Origin: a virus
Taxonomy: Duplodnaviria; Heunggongvirae; Uroviricota; Caudoviricetes
Virus record (IMG/VR): IMGVR_UViG_2695420514_000013
Span: 1 to 7,140 of that record
Direction: 5' to 3' (one strand)
Length of the DNA stretch: 7,140 nt
Shown: in pieces, positions 1 through 6,262 of the stretch
How the letters are laid out: every line of letters begins with the position of its first letter
How positions within the stretch are numbered: the stretch's first letter is position 1
The notes under the pieces: generated by a model
What the model was told of the DNA's origin: nothing
The model's input: the letters and a program-made list of their open reading frames with translations, nothing else
Databases searched by the model: none
Program-made: the position numbers and the translations under genes

Positions 1-1
1 T

Positions 2-337
2 TTACGTGGTGAGTTTATTCGTGGCTGGGATGACGGGCGTGGAGCTGACAGTGGTCGGGGATTATTAAGCTTTCAAAAAGCCACTCTGGTTGAAAGTTTT
101 GGTCTGGTCAGGTCACCAACCACTGGCTCTTATCGTCTGGTTACCAGACCGACAGAAACTGTTTCTGATAATACGTCTAACTATATGACGACTGATTATG
201 ATTCCCGTGAAGGTTTATATTCCCCTGCAACAGCATACCCCTCTATCGAATTGCCACCAACTGGAGCAGGCGCAGGGGCTGGTTTTAGGGTTCGACCAAG
301 GAATATTGCATTTAACTATATTGTGAGGGCTGCATAA
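2..337 (+). CDS. Phage side tail-fibre protein, C-terminal (variable) part; 5' end lies upstream of the window
   Basis: Only one + frame (phase 2) is open from the window edge to TAA at 335-337. That stop overlaps the ATG of the downstream tfa gene (TAATG), the usual coupling of tail-fibre and assembly genes. Product inferred from position upstream of tfa and inside the Pin-invertible segment; no diagnostic motif seen. Confidence 0.55.
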   Translation, partial: LRGEFIRGWDDGRGADSGRGLLSFQKATLVESFGLVRSPTTGSYRLVTRPTETVSDNTSNYMTTDYDSREGLYSPATAYPSIELPPTGAGAGAGFRVRPRNIAFNYIVRAA

Positions 338-939
338 TGGATAACGCCATATTAAATAGCGAGATTATCGCCACCAAAGCAGGGAATATTACCGTCTATA
401 ACTATGATGGTGAAACTCGAGAATATATTTCCACTTCAAATGAATATCTTGCTGTTGGCGTCGGTATCCCTGCATATTCCTGTTTAGATGCCCCTGGCAC
501 ACATAAGGCGGGTTATGCTATCTGCCGTTCGATGGATTTAAACTCATGGGAATATGTGCCAGACCATCGCGGTGAAATCGTCTATAACACCGAAACGGGA
601 GACGCCAAAGAAATCACAACTCCGGGTGATTACCCCGAAAAAACAACCACTATCGCCCCGTTAACGCCATACGATAAATGGGATGGTGAGAAATGGGTGA
701 CGGATACCGAGGCACAGCATAGCGCCGCAGTAGACGCGGCAGAAGCACAACGTCAGTCACTGATTGATACTGCAATGGCTTCCATTAGTCTGATTCAACT
801 GAAATTGCAGGCCGGACGGAAGTTGACGCAGGCAGAAACAACCCGACTTAACGCCGTGCTGGATTACATTGACGCGGTGACGGTAACAGATACCAGCACC
901 GCGCCGGATGTCATCTGGCCTGAACTGCCGGAGGCGTAG
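337..939 (+). CDS. tfaE: Tail-fibre assembly protein (Tfa chaperone), e14 TfaE-like, 200 aa
   Basis: Complete ATG-to-stop ORF, 200 aa. Central SW-x-x-V-x-DHRG-x-x-VY motif and C-terminal DTSTAPDVIWPELP tail typical of the lambda Tfa / Mu U family. Stop-start overlap with the upstream tail-fibre ORF. The symbol rests on recollection of E. coli e14 TfaE (same length and N-terminus), not on a search. Confidence 0.85.
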   Translation: MDNAILNSEIIATKAGNITVYNYDGETREYISTSNEYLAVGVGIPAYSCLDAPGTHKAGYAICRSMDLNSWEYVPDHRGEIVYNTETGDAKEITTPGDYPEKTTTIAPLTPYDKWDGEKWVTDTEAQHSAAVDAAEAQRQSLIDTAMASISLIQLKLQAGRKLTQAETTRLNAVLDYIDAVTVTDTSTAPDVIWPELPEA

Positions 940-1354
940 GCCATTCAATATCTGGAGCACTGGAAGTATCGACCAGTTCCAGTGCGTCCAGATAATCCAA
1001 CCACAAATTATATTGCGCCAGTTCCTCACCTTTCAGACGACCAATAGCGGCTTTACCGGGCCATTGCTTACTGTTCATGTGTTCGTTGGCCTGATTAAGC
1101 AATAATTGTCTTTCTGATTCTGCCTGTTGAATAAGTTCTTCATGTGATGGTTGAGGTATTTCAGCCCATGTGGGAAAACCATTTACCCCTGCAACTCGGA
1201 TTTTCCCTTGTGGCGGTTTCGCCATATATTTTACAGAAATGTTATCAGGAATATCTAATGCATCAGCGGGCCATGTTCCATTTACTTCATAAGTATTTTT
1301 TAAATTAACAGCATAAAATGCATTTTCCGAAGGGGAATAAATATATTGATTCAT
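911..1354 (-). CDS. Second tail-fibre assembly protein (alternative Tfa of the invertible segment), 147 aa
   Basis: Complete ORF on the - strand. C-terminus DTSSAPDIEWPTPP parallels the C-terminus of the + strand Tfa. Its 3' end overlaps the + strand tfa by 29 bp (911-939). Its ATG is 1 nt after the stop of the upstream - strand tail-fibre cassette (TAA-T-ATG). Confidence 0.8.
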   Translation of the reverse strand: MNQYIYSPSENAFYAVNLKNTYEVNGTWPADALDIPDNISVKYMAKPPQGKIRVAGVNGFPTWAEIPQPSHEELIQQAESERQLLLNQANEHMNSKQWPGKAAIGRLKGEELAQYNLWLDYLDALELVDTSSAPDIEWPTPPAVQAR

Positions 1355-1355
1355 A

Positions 1356-1718
1356 TTATCTTCCTATTGCAATAATCATAGTTCCATACAAACCATTTCC
1401 GGTTGATACTTTTAAGGTTACTGATGTCCTTGTTGTCGTGTACCCCATAAGTTTAAAGGTCGGAGCAGCCGTTAATGTGCCATCAGACCATAAGGCACTA
1501 ACAGCAAGTGCACCTGAAGGAAATGCAATAGGGAAATTACCAGTAGTTCCGTTAGTGTCCGCCCCATAAACATTCATCGAAAACATTTGGACAATATGAC
1601 CACTTGGTAACTGAAACCAGTTTTTGCCAGATGGGAATGCAGACATATCTGGTATCTGATTTAAATCTCCCAAACCAACGTTTATGAAAATGCAGAAATA
1701 ACGAGCAAATGGCATCAT
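1356..1718 (-). CDS. Alternative tail-fibre C-terminal variable cassette (silent in this orientation; no constant N-terminal part attached)
   Basis: The - strand frame is open from the stop at 1740-1742 down to TAA at 1356-1358 and reads through the crossover site (FINVGLG). It is G/T/S/N-rich like fibre tips. The ATG at 1718 is probably fortuitous; functionally the cassette starts at the crossover site (about 1690) and would be expressed only after inversion fuses it to the upstream constant region. Confidence 0.6.
   Translation of the reverse strand: MMPFARYFCIFINVGLGDLNQIPDMSAFPSGKNWFQLPSGHIVQMFSMNVYGADTNGTTGNFPIAFPSGALAVSALWSDGTLTAAPTFKLMGYTTTRTSVTLKVSTGNGLYGTMIIAIGR
1665..1690. other. 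Site-specific inversion crossover site (pix-like, hix/gix family), right boundary of the invertible tail-fibre segment
   Basis: 26-bp sequence ATCTCCCAAACC-AA-CGTTTATGAAAA: two imperfect inverted 12-bp half-sites around a central AA dinucleotide. By eye it matches about 7-8 of 12 positions per half-site with hixL/gix as I recall them. It sits 55 bp upstream of the pin start, where such sites lie in Mu, P1 and e14. Confidence 0.55.
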
Positions 1719-1744
1719 TCCTGCTTTTGTCAGGGGGATCTACC

Positions 1745-2299
1745 ATGCTTATTGGCTATGTACGCGTATCAACAAATGACCAGAACACAGATCTACAACG
1801 TAATGCGCTGAACTGTGCAGGATGCGAGCTGATTTTTGAAGACAAGATAAGCGGCACAAAGTCCGAAAGGCCGGGACTGAAAAAACTGCTCAGGACATTA
1901 TCGGCAGGTGACACTCTGGTTGTCTGGAAGCTGGATCGGCTGGGGCGTAGTATGCGGCATCTTGTCGTGTTGGTGGAGGAGTTGCGCGAACGAGGCATCA
2001 ACTTTCGTAGTCTGACGGATTCAATTGATACCAGCACACCAATGGGGCGTTTTTTCTTTCATGTGATGGGTGCCTTGGCTGAAATGGAACGAGAACTGAT
2101 TGTTGAACGAACAAAAGCTGGACTGGAAGCTGCTCGCGCACAGGGACGAATTGGTGGACGTCGTCCCAAACTTACACCAGAACAATGGGCGCAGGCCGGG
2201 CGATTAATTGCATCAGGAGTTCCTCGCCAGAAGGTGGCGATTATCTATGATGTTGGTGTGTCAACTTTGTATAAGAGGTTTCCTGCAGGGGATAAATAA
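1745..2299 (+). CDS. pin: Serine-recombinase DNA invertase Pin (Hin/Gin/Cin family), 184 aa
   Basis: N-terminus MLIGYVRVSTNDQ (catalytic Ser in the VRVSTNDQ motif), resolvase catalytic domain and C-terminal HTH (GVPRQKVAIIYDVGVSTLYKRF). AGGGGG Shine-Dalgarno 7 nt upstream of ATG 1745. The track ORF starting at 1709 adds 12 residues with no ribosome-binding site and is less likely. Confidence 0.95.
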   Translation: MLIGYVRVSTNDQNTDLQRNALNCAGCELIFEDKISGTKSERPGLKKLLRTLSAGDTLVVWKLDRLGRSMRHLVVLVEELRERGINFRSLTDSIDTSTPMGRFFFHVMGALAEMERELIVERTKAGLEAARAQGRIGGRRPKLTPEQWAQAGRLIASGVPRQKVAIIYDVGVSTLYKRFPAGDK

Positions 2300-2405
2300 A
2301 GTTAAAGACACTTTGTGTACAAAAGAAAGTAAAACAACAGCAACTTGTTGCAATTTTATCATTAAAAGTAGTATTGTCGTGAAAAATTGATTAAAGATTA
2401 ATATT

Positions 2406-3239
2406 ATGCATGTTTTTGATAACAATGGAATTGAACTGAAAGCTGAGTGTTCGATAGGTGAAGAGGATGGTGTTTATGGTCTAATCCTTGAGTCGTGGGG
2501 GCCGGGTGACAGAAACAAAGATTACAATATCGCTCTTGATTATATCATTGAACGGTTGGTTGATTCTGGTGTATCCCAAGTCGTAGTATATCTGGCGTCA
2601 TCATCAGTCAGAAAACATATGCATTCTTTGGATGAAAGAAAAATCCATCCTGGTGAATATTTTACTTTGATTGGTAATAGCCCCCGCGATATACGCTTGA
2701 AGATGTGTGGTTATCAGGCTTATTTTAGTCGTACGGGGAGAAAGGAAATTCCTTCCGGCAATAGAACGAAACGAATATTGATAAATGTTCCAGGTATTTA
2801 TAGTGACAGTTTTTGGGCGTCTATAATACGTGGAGAACTATCAGAGTTTTCACAGCCTACAGATGATGAATCGCTTCTGAATATGAGGGTTAGTAAATTA
2901 ATTAAGAAAACGTTGAGTCAACCCGAGGGCTCCAGGAAACCAGTTGAGGTAGAAAGACTACAAAAAGTTTATGTCCGAGACCCGATGGTAAAAGCTTGGA
3001 TTTTACAGCAAAGTAAAGGTATATGTGAAAACTGTGGTAAAAATGCTCCGTTTTATTTAAATGATGGAAACCCATATTTGGAAGTGCATCATGTAATTCC
3101 CCTGTCTTCAGGTGGTGCTGATACAACAGATAACTGTGTTGCCCTTTGTCCGAATTGCCATAGAGAATTGCACTATAGTAAAAATGCAAAAGAACTAATC
3201 GAGATGCTTTACGTTAATATAAACCGATTACAGAAATAA
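2406..3239 (+). CDS. mcrA: McrA, 5-methylcytosine-dependent type IV restriction endonuclease (HNH nuclease), 277 aa
   Basis: Complete 277-aa ORF. C-terminal HNH/zinc-finger motif CENCGK...EVHHVIPLSSGGADTTDNCVALCPNCHRELH. Sequence and length match my recollection of E. coli K-12 McrA. AT-rich relative to its neighbours and located immediately after pin, as in e14. Confidence 0.95.
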   Translation: MHVFDNNGIELKAECSIGEEDGVYGLILESWGPGDRNKDYNIALDYIIERLVDSGVSQVVVYLASSSVRKHMHSLDERKIHPGEYFTLIGNSPRDIRLKMCGYQAYFSRTGRKEIPSGNRTKRILINVPGIYSDSFWASIIRGELSEFSQPTDDESLLNMRVSKLIKKTLSQPEGSRKPVEVERLQKVYVRDPMVKAWILQQSKGICENCGKNAPFYLNDGNPYLEVHHVIPLSSGGADTTDNCVALCPNCHRELHYSKNAKELIEMLYVNINRLQK

Positions 3240-3377
3240 AATTATTTATTAAAGTCACATTTAAGACGTAATACCCTACAGGGTAAAAATTTTTTCTGAT
3301 CTTAACTTCTGCAAATGTTAACTGCTATTTTTATGCTAAAAATGGTTATCAAAACTCAAAAACACATGTTTATAATC

Positions 3378-3414
3378 AATGAGTTATAGAAATGCTAAGG
3401 GCTAATGAGTTATA
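3378..3414. repeat. Two direct copies of AATGAGTTATA (3378-3388 and 3404-3414) in the spacer between mcrA and the icd remnant
   Basis: Exact 11-bp direct repeat, 26-bp period, about 60-95 bp from the icd junction. Function unknown; the position fits arm-type recombination-protein binding sites of an att site. Confidence 0.35.
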
Positions 3415-3472
3415 TGCAAATTAGTAAAATTATGTTGCTATGTCAAATAGTTACGATTTAGTCATCTAACTA

Positions 3473-3586
3473 ATGCTGCGCCATATGGGTTGGACTGAAG
3501 CAGCTGACCTGATTGTTAAAGGTATGGAAGGCGCTAAACTGCTGAAATGTTCAGAGTTTGGTGATGCGATCATCGAAAATATGTAA
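3473..3586 (+). pseudogene. icdC: icdC: displaced 3' remnant of isocitrate dehydrogenase gene icd (prophage attR side)
   Basis: In-frame translation [37 protein letters not shown] matches the Icd C-terminus as I recall it, except that 17 codons (INAKTVTYDFERLMDGA) are missing. No promoter or N-terminal coding sequence precedes it; an in-frame stop lies at 3467-3469. Confidence 0.85.
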
Positions 3587-3610
3587 TTACCACATGTGTT
3601 AAATATTATA

Positions 3611-3639
3611 ACGGGCGTATAACACGCCCGTTGTTTTAT
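3611..3639 (+). terminator. Rho-independent terminator downstream of the icd 3' end
   Basis: Perfect 8-bp stem ACGGGCGT (3611-3618) / ACGCCCGT (3624-3631) with 5-nt loop, followed by TGTTTTAT. A-rich on the 5' side, so it may also serve the convergent hydrolase gene. Confidence 0.7.
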
Positions 3640-3652
3640 GATGATGTAAAAT

Positions 3653-3674
3653 CTTCCCCAAAACTTCCCCAAAA
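3653..3674. repeat. Tandem duplication of an 11-bp unit, CTTCCCCAAAA x2 (plus a partial third CT)
   Basis: Read directly: cttccccaaaa-cttccccaaaa-ct, in the non-coding gap between the icd remnant and the hydrolase gene. Confidence 0.6.
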
Positions 3675-3719
3675 CTGGCTATTTTCTATGCTGTTTTGAT
3701 ATCTACGATAACCCGGTAT

Positions 3720-4640
3720 TTACAGAGTTTCCTCAAAGAATGGAGCTAATACTGAAATCGCTTCAGCCACATAGGCTTTGCCGTCATAGAGGTCCATATG
3801 GTTAGCGCCTTCAACAATGTGATAGCGTTTATCCTGACTTGATGCTCGATCGTACAGGTCGTCACTCATCCATTTACTTCCTGCCAGACTGCCCGCCACA
3901 ATCTGCATCGGCTGAGTCAGGTACACTTCCGCCATATGGTAAGCATCATAGGTAATCATCTGGTTAAGGCTGCGCAAAGTAGCGTAACCCGGTGCTGTTG
4001 GATACTGCGCGCGAGAGGTGTGGTAATACTCCCAGGCCTGACGCAGTTCTTCGTTCGGCGCATCGGACTCTTTCATTGGCGCCAGTGGCATAATGGCGTA
4101 TTCTCCGCTGCTAATATCGCTGGTTCGGGCGTTTGAACCCGCTTCAATGTGTGGCAGAGCATCAATAGATTTCACATTGTTTTCCCAACCATTGCGGAAC
4201 ATCGAACCAATATTGACCGCACTAACGGTGCCGATAGCCTTGATGCGGCGATCCTGAATTGCAGCATTGGCTGTATATCCTGCACCAGCACAAATTCCCA
4301 TCGCACCAATTCGGGCATTGTCGACATAAGAAAGTGTTGTCAGGTAATCAATTACGGCACTGACGTCTTCAGTACGAATGTATGGGTTTTCTAACTGACG
4401 CGGCTCGCCGCCGCTTTCACCTTGATAAGATGCGTCATAAGCAATAGTGACAAATCCCTTTTCCGCCAGTTTTTCGGCATAGGTTCCGGCCGTTTGCTCT
4501 TTAACGCCCCCACCAGGGTGAGATACCACAATTGCCGGATACTGACGGGTTTCATCAAATTGGGGAGGGAAATAGATCACAGCAGACAAAGAGATGGTTG
4601 GATTATTGCTGTTAGTGAAGCTGACTTTATTATTCATCAT
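3720..4640 (-). CDS. Alpha/beta hydrolase of the dienelactone-hydrolase type (putative Cys-His-Asp hydrolase), about 306 aa
   Basis: Long - strand ORF. G-I-C-A-G nucleophile-elbow motif with Cys (GAMGICAGAGY) and a C-terminal His (EGANHMDLYD), as in dienelactone hydrolases. Start placed at the ATG at 4640 because a GAGGAA Shine-Dalgarno lies 4-6 nt upstream; the track start at 4652 has none. Length and the divergent LysR partner recall the E. coli ycjY/ycjZ pair, but that is not verifiable here. Confidence 0.8.
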   Translation of the reverse strand: MMNNKVSFTNSNNPTISLSAVIYFPPQFDETRQYPAIVVSHPGGGVKEQTAGTYAEKLAEKGFVTIAYDASYQGESGGEPRQLENPYIRTEDVSAVIDYLTTLSYVDNARIGAMGICAGAGYTANAAIQDRRIKAIGTVSAVNIGSMFRNGWENNVKSIDALPHIEAGSNARTSDISSGEYAIMPLAPMKESDAPNEELRQAWEYYHTSRAQYPTAPGYATLRSLNQMITYDAYHMAEVYLTQPMQIVAGSLAGSKWMSDDLYDRASSQDKRYHIVEGANHMDLYDGKAYVAEAISVLAPFFEETL

Positions 4641-4740
4641 TCTGTTCCTCATGGCGTTGCCGGTTCGTTTTAACGGCTGGTGATATCACTATAGATATTG
4701 ATCATTAAGTTGATTAGACCCAAAATCATGATTGGACCTA

Positions 4741-4752
4741 TCATTTAAATGA
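4741..4752. promoter_or_regulatory. Perfect 12-bp palindrome TCATTTAAATGA in the divergent intergenic region (candidate LysR-type operator)
   Basis: Perfect dyad 26 bp upstream of the LysR start, embedded in ATC-N8-GAT. Additional dyads lie at 4681-4688 (TGATATCA) and 4701-4714 (ATCA-N6-TGAT). Possible -35 TTGGAC (4732-4737) and -10 TAATAG (4754-4759) flank it. Function is inferred, not shown. Confidence 0.3.
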
Positions 4753-4777
4753 TTAATAGATTGTATAGAGATACTGA

Positions 4778-5677
4778 ATGAAGCGTGAAGAAATCGCTGA
4801 TCTGATGGCATTCGTCGTCGTTGCAGAGGAGCGTAGCTTCACTCGCGCAGCAGTCCGCTTGGGCATGGCGCAGTCAGCTTTAAGCCAGATAGTGCGTCGT
4901 ATAGAAGAACGATTGGGATTGCGGCTCCTGACGCGAACCACGCGTAGCGTTGTGCCAACTGAAGCGGGCGAACATCTTTTATCTGTTCTTGGCCCGATGT
5001 TGCATGACATAGATTCAGCCCTGTCATCCCTGAGTGAGCTGCAGAATCGCCCATCCGGGACAATACGTATTACTACAGTAGAACATGCAGCAAAGACGAT
5101 ACTGCTACCAGCCATGCGCACATTCCTGAAATCGCATCCTGAAATTGATATTCAGCTTACCATTGATTATGGTTTGACCGATGTCGTTTCTGAACGTTTT
5201 GATGCAGGTGTCCGTCTGGGAGGGGAGGTGGATAAAGATATGATTGCCATTCGAATCGGGCCTGATATACCAATGGCTATTGTTGGCTCACCGGATTATT
5301 TTTCCCGCCGAAGCGTTCCAACGTCAGTGTCACAATTAATAGACCATCAGGCCATTAATTTGTATCTTCCCACATCGGGTACAGCGAATCGCTGGCGATT
5401 AATACGTGGTGGACGTGAGGTTCGTGTTCGCATGGAAGGTCAGCTTTTACTGAATACGATAGATCTGATCATTGATGCTGCAATTGATGGGCACGGATTA
5501 GCGTATCTACCTCATGATCAGGTTGAGCGGGCGATTAAAGAAAAAAAACTGATACGTGTTCTGGATAAATTCACACCAGACTTACCCGGTTATCACCTGT
5601 ACTATCCACACCGTCGGCATGCTGGCTCGGCATTCTCCTTATTTATAGATAGGCTGAAGTATAAAGGCGCTGTTTAG
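4778..5677 (+). CDS. LysR-type transcriptional regulator, 299 aa
   Basis: N-terminal winged-HTH signature (FVVVAEERSFTRAAVRLGMAQSALSQIVRRIEERLGLRLLTRTTRSVVPTEAG) followed by a substrate-binding domain of typical LTTR length. Transcribed divergently from the hydrolase, the usual LTTR-target arrangement. Confidence 0.9.
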   Translation: MKREEIADLMAFVVVAEERSFTRAAVRLGMAQSALSQIVRRIEERLGLRLLTRTTRSVVPTEAGEHLLSVLGPMLHDIDSALSSLSELQNRPSGTIRITTVEHAAKTILLPAMRTFLKSHPEIDIQLTIDYGLTDVVSERFDAGVRLGGEVDKDMIAIRIGPDIPMAIVGSPDYFSRRSVPTSVSQLIDHQAINLYLPTSGTANRWRLIRGGREVRVRMEGQLLLNTIDLIIDAAIDGHGLAYLPHDQVERAIKEKKLIRVLDKFTPDLPGYHLYYPHRRHAGSAFSLFIDRLKYKGAV

Positions 5678-6262
5678 TTTTGCTTGATGATACGTTGATT
5701 TCATTTTTCCCTTAACGTGTTCACAGTTCCTTTCGACGTTTTAGTTATTTTTTCTTCTTCATACAATGGCGGCAATTACTTTCTTTTATTTTTATTATCG
5801 TGGATGTTAATACCAGAACTTCTGACCCTACGATGCATGTTTTTTGTATATTATCTGTATCAGGCAAAGAGTGGCGCAAATTGTGGATGGTGGGGGAGTA
5901 TAACCCGGAAGAGTTTACATTTTTGAACGGTATTTTTTGTAATGTAAAGGAAAATCTGTGTCGGAATGATCGCTATTTGGGTGCAGATGGCAGAAGGAGT
6001 GGGGAAATAAATAATAATTCTACGATGATATTATTTGGTTGTATCGGTTAGTGATGAACTCAGGTCGCCAGATGCTGCACTATCTCCGGCGTGGATGATG
6101 CTTTCAGTCTCAGACTTACTGACATCGCTCAATGGGATTCTTTCGTCCTCAGTGAGCGCATCGAAACCATAACTAACCAATTGAATAGCCTGCAAGAGTA
6201 TGTGAGATCACAGTGTTCATATTAGAAAAGTCTTATCATAAGATTTTTTATATGGATGCATT

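Noticed and set aside
62-110. Possible left crossover site around TTTCAAAAAGCC...GGTTGAAAG
   Set aside because: The two inverted halves are separated by 5 bp rather than the 2-bp core of hix/gix sites, and the match to the right site at 1665-1690 is poor. The true left site is more likely upstream of the window.
757-1105. Track ORFs 757-1029 (-) and 908-1105 (+) overlapping the two tfa genes
   Set aside because: They lie antisense or out of frame inside well-supported tfa genes, have no ribosome-binding site, and give low-complexity translations. Read as shadow ORFs.
1709-1744. 12-codon N-terminal extension of pin starting at ATG 1709
   Set aside because: No Shine-Dalgarno precedes 1709, whereas AGGGGG precedes ATG 1745, and serine invertases of this family begin MLIGY. 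The extension also overlaps the - strand cassette.
1318-1746. Track ORFs 1318-1569 (+) and 1552-1746 (-) in the fibre cassette and pin upstream region
   Set aside because: Both are out-of-frame shadows of the - strand tail-fibre cassette and pin start region, with no independent coding signal.
1756-3189. Antisense and out-of-frame track ORFs inside pin and mcrA (1756-2037 -, 2208-2390 +, 2902-3189 -)
   Set aside because: They are embedded in high-confidence genes on the opposite strand or in an alternate frame, with no ribosome-binding site and implausible composition.
3466-3672. 68-aa - strand ORF overlapping the icd remnant and terminator
   Set aside because: It runs antisense through the conserved icd 3' end and the terminator hairpin; it is a chance ORF.
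3936-5121. Track ORFs antisense to the hydrolase (3936-4136, 4149-4394, 4422-4673) and LysR gene (4753-5121, 4839-5063)
   Set aside because: All are shadows of GC-richer genes with strong family signatures on the other strand.
5717-6051. Track ORFs 5717-5926 and 5800-6051 as real small proteins
   Set aside because: Both start with GTG, lack a ribosome-binding site, and translate T-runs into Phe/Leu-rich low-complexity peptides. They are kept only as part of the AT-rich tract finding.
6058-6225. Possible two-gene module (small upstream ORF plus the 128-aa gene), for example toxin-antitoxin
   Set aside because: The upstream frame has no ATG, only an internal GTG without a ribosome-binding site, and follows three in-frame stops. 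There is no evidence of a second functional gene, so the 128-aa ORF is treated as a solitary gene.
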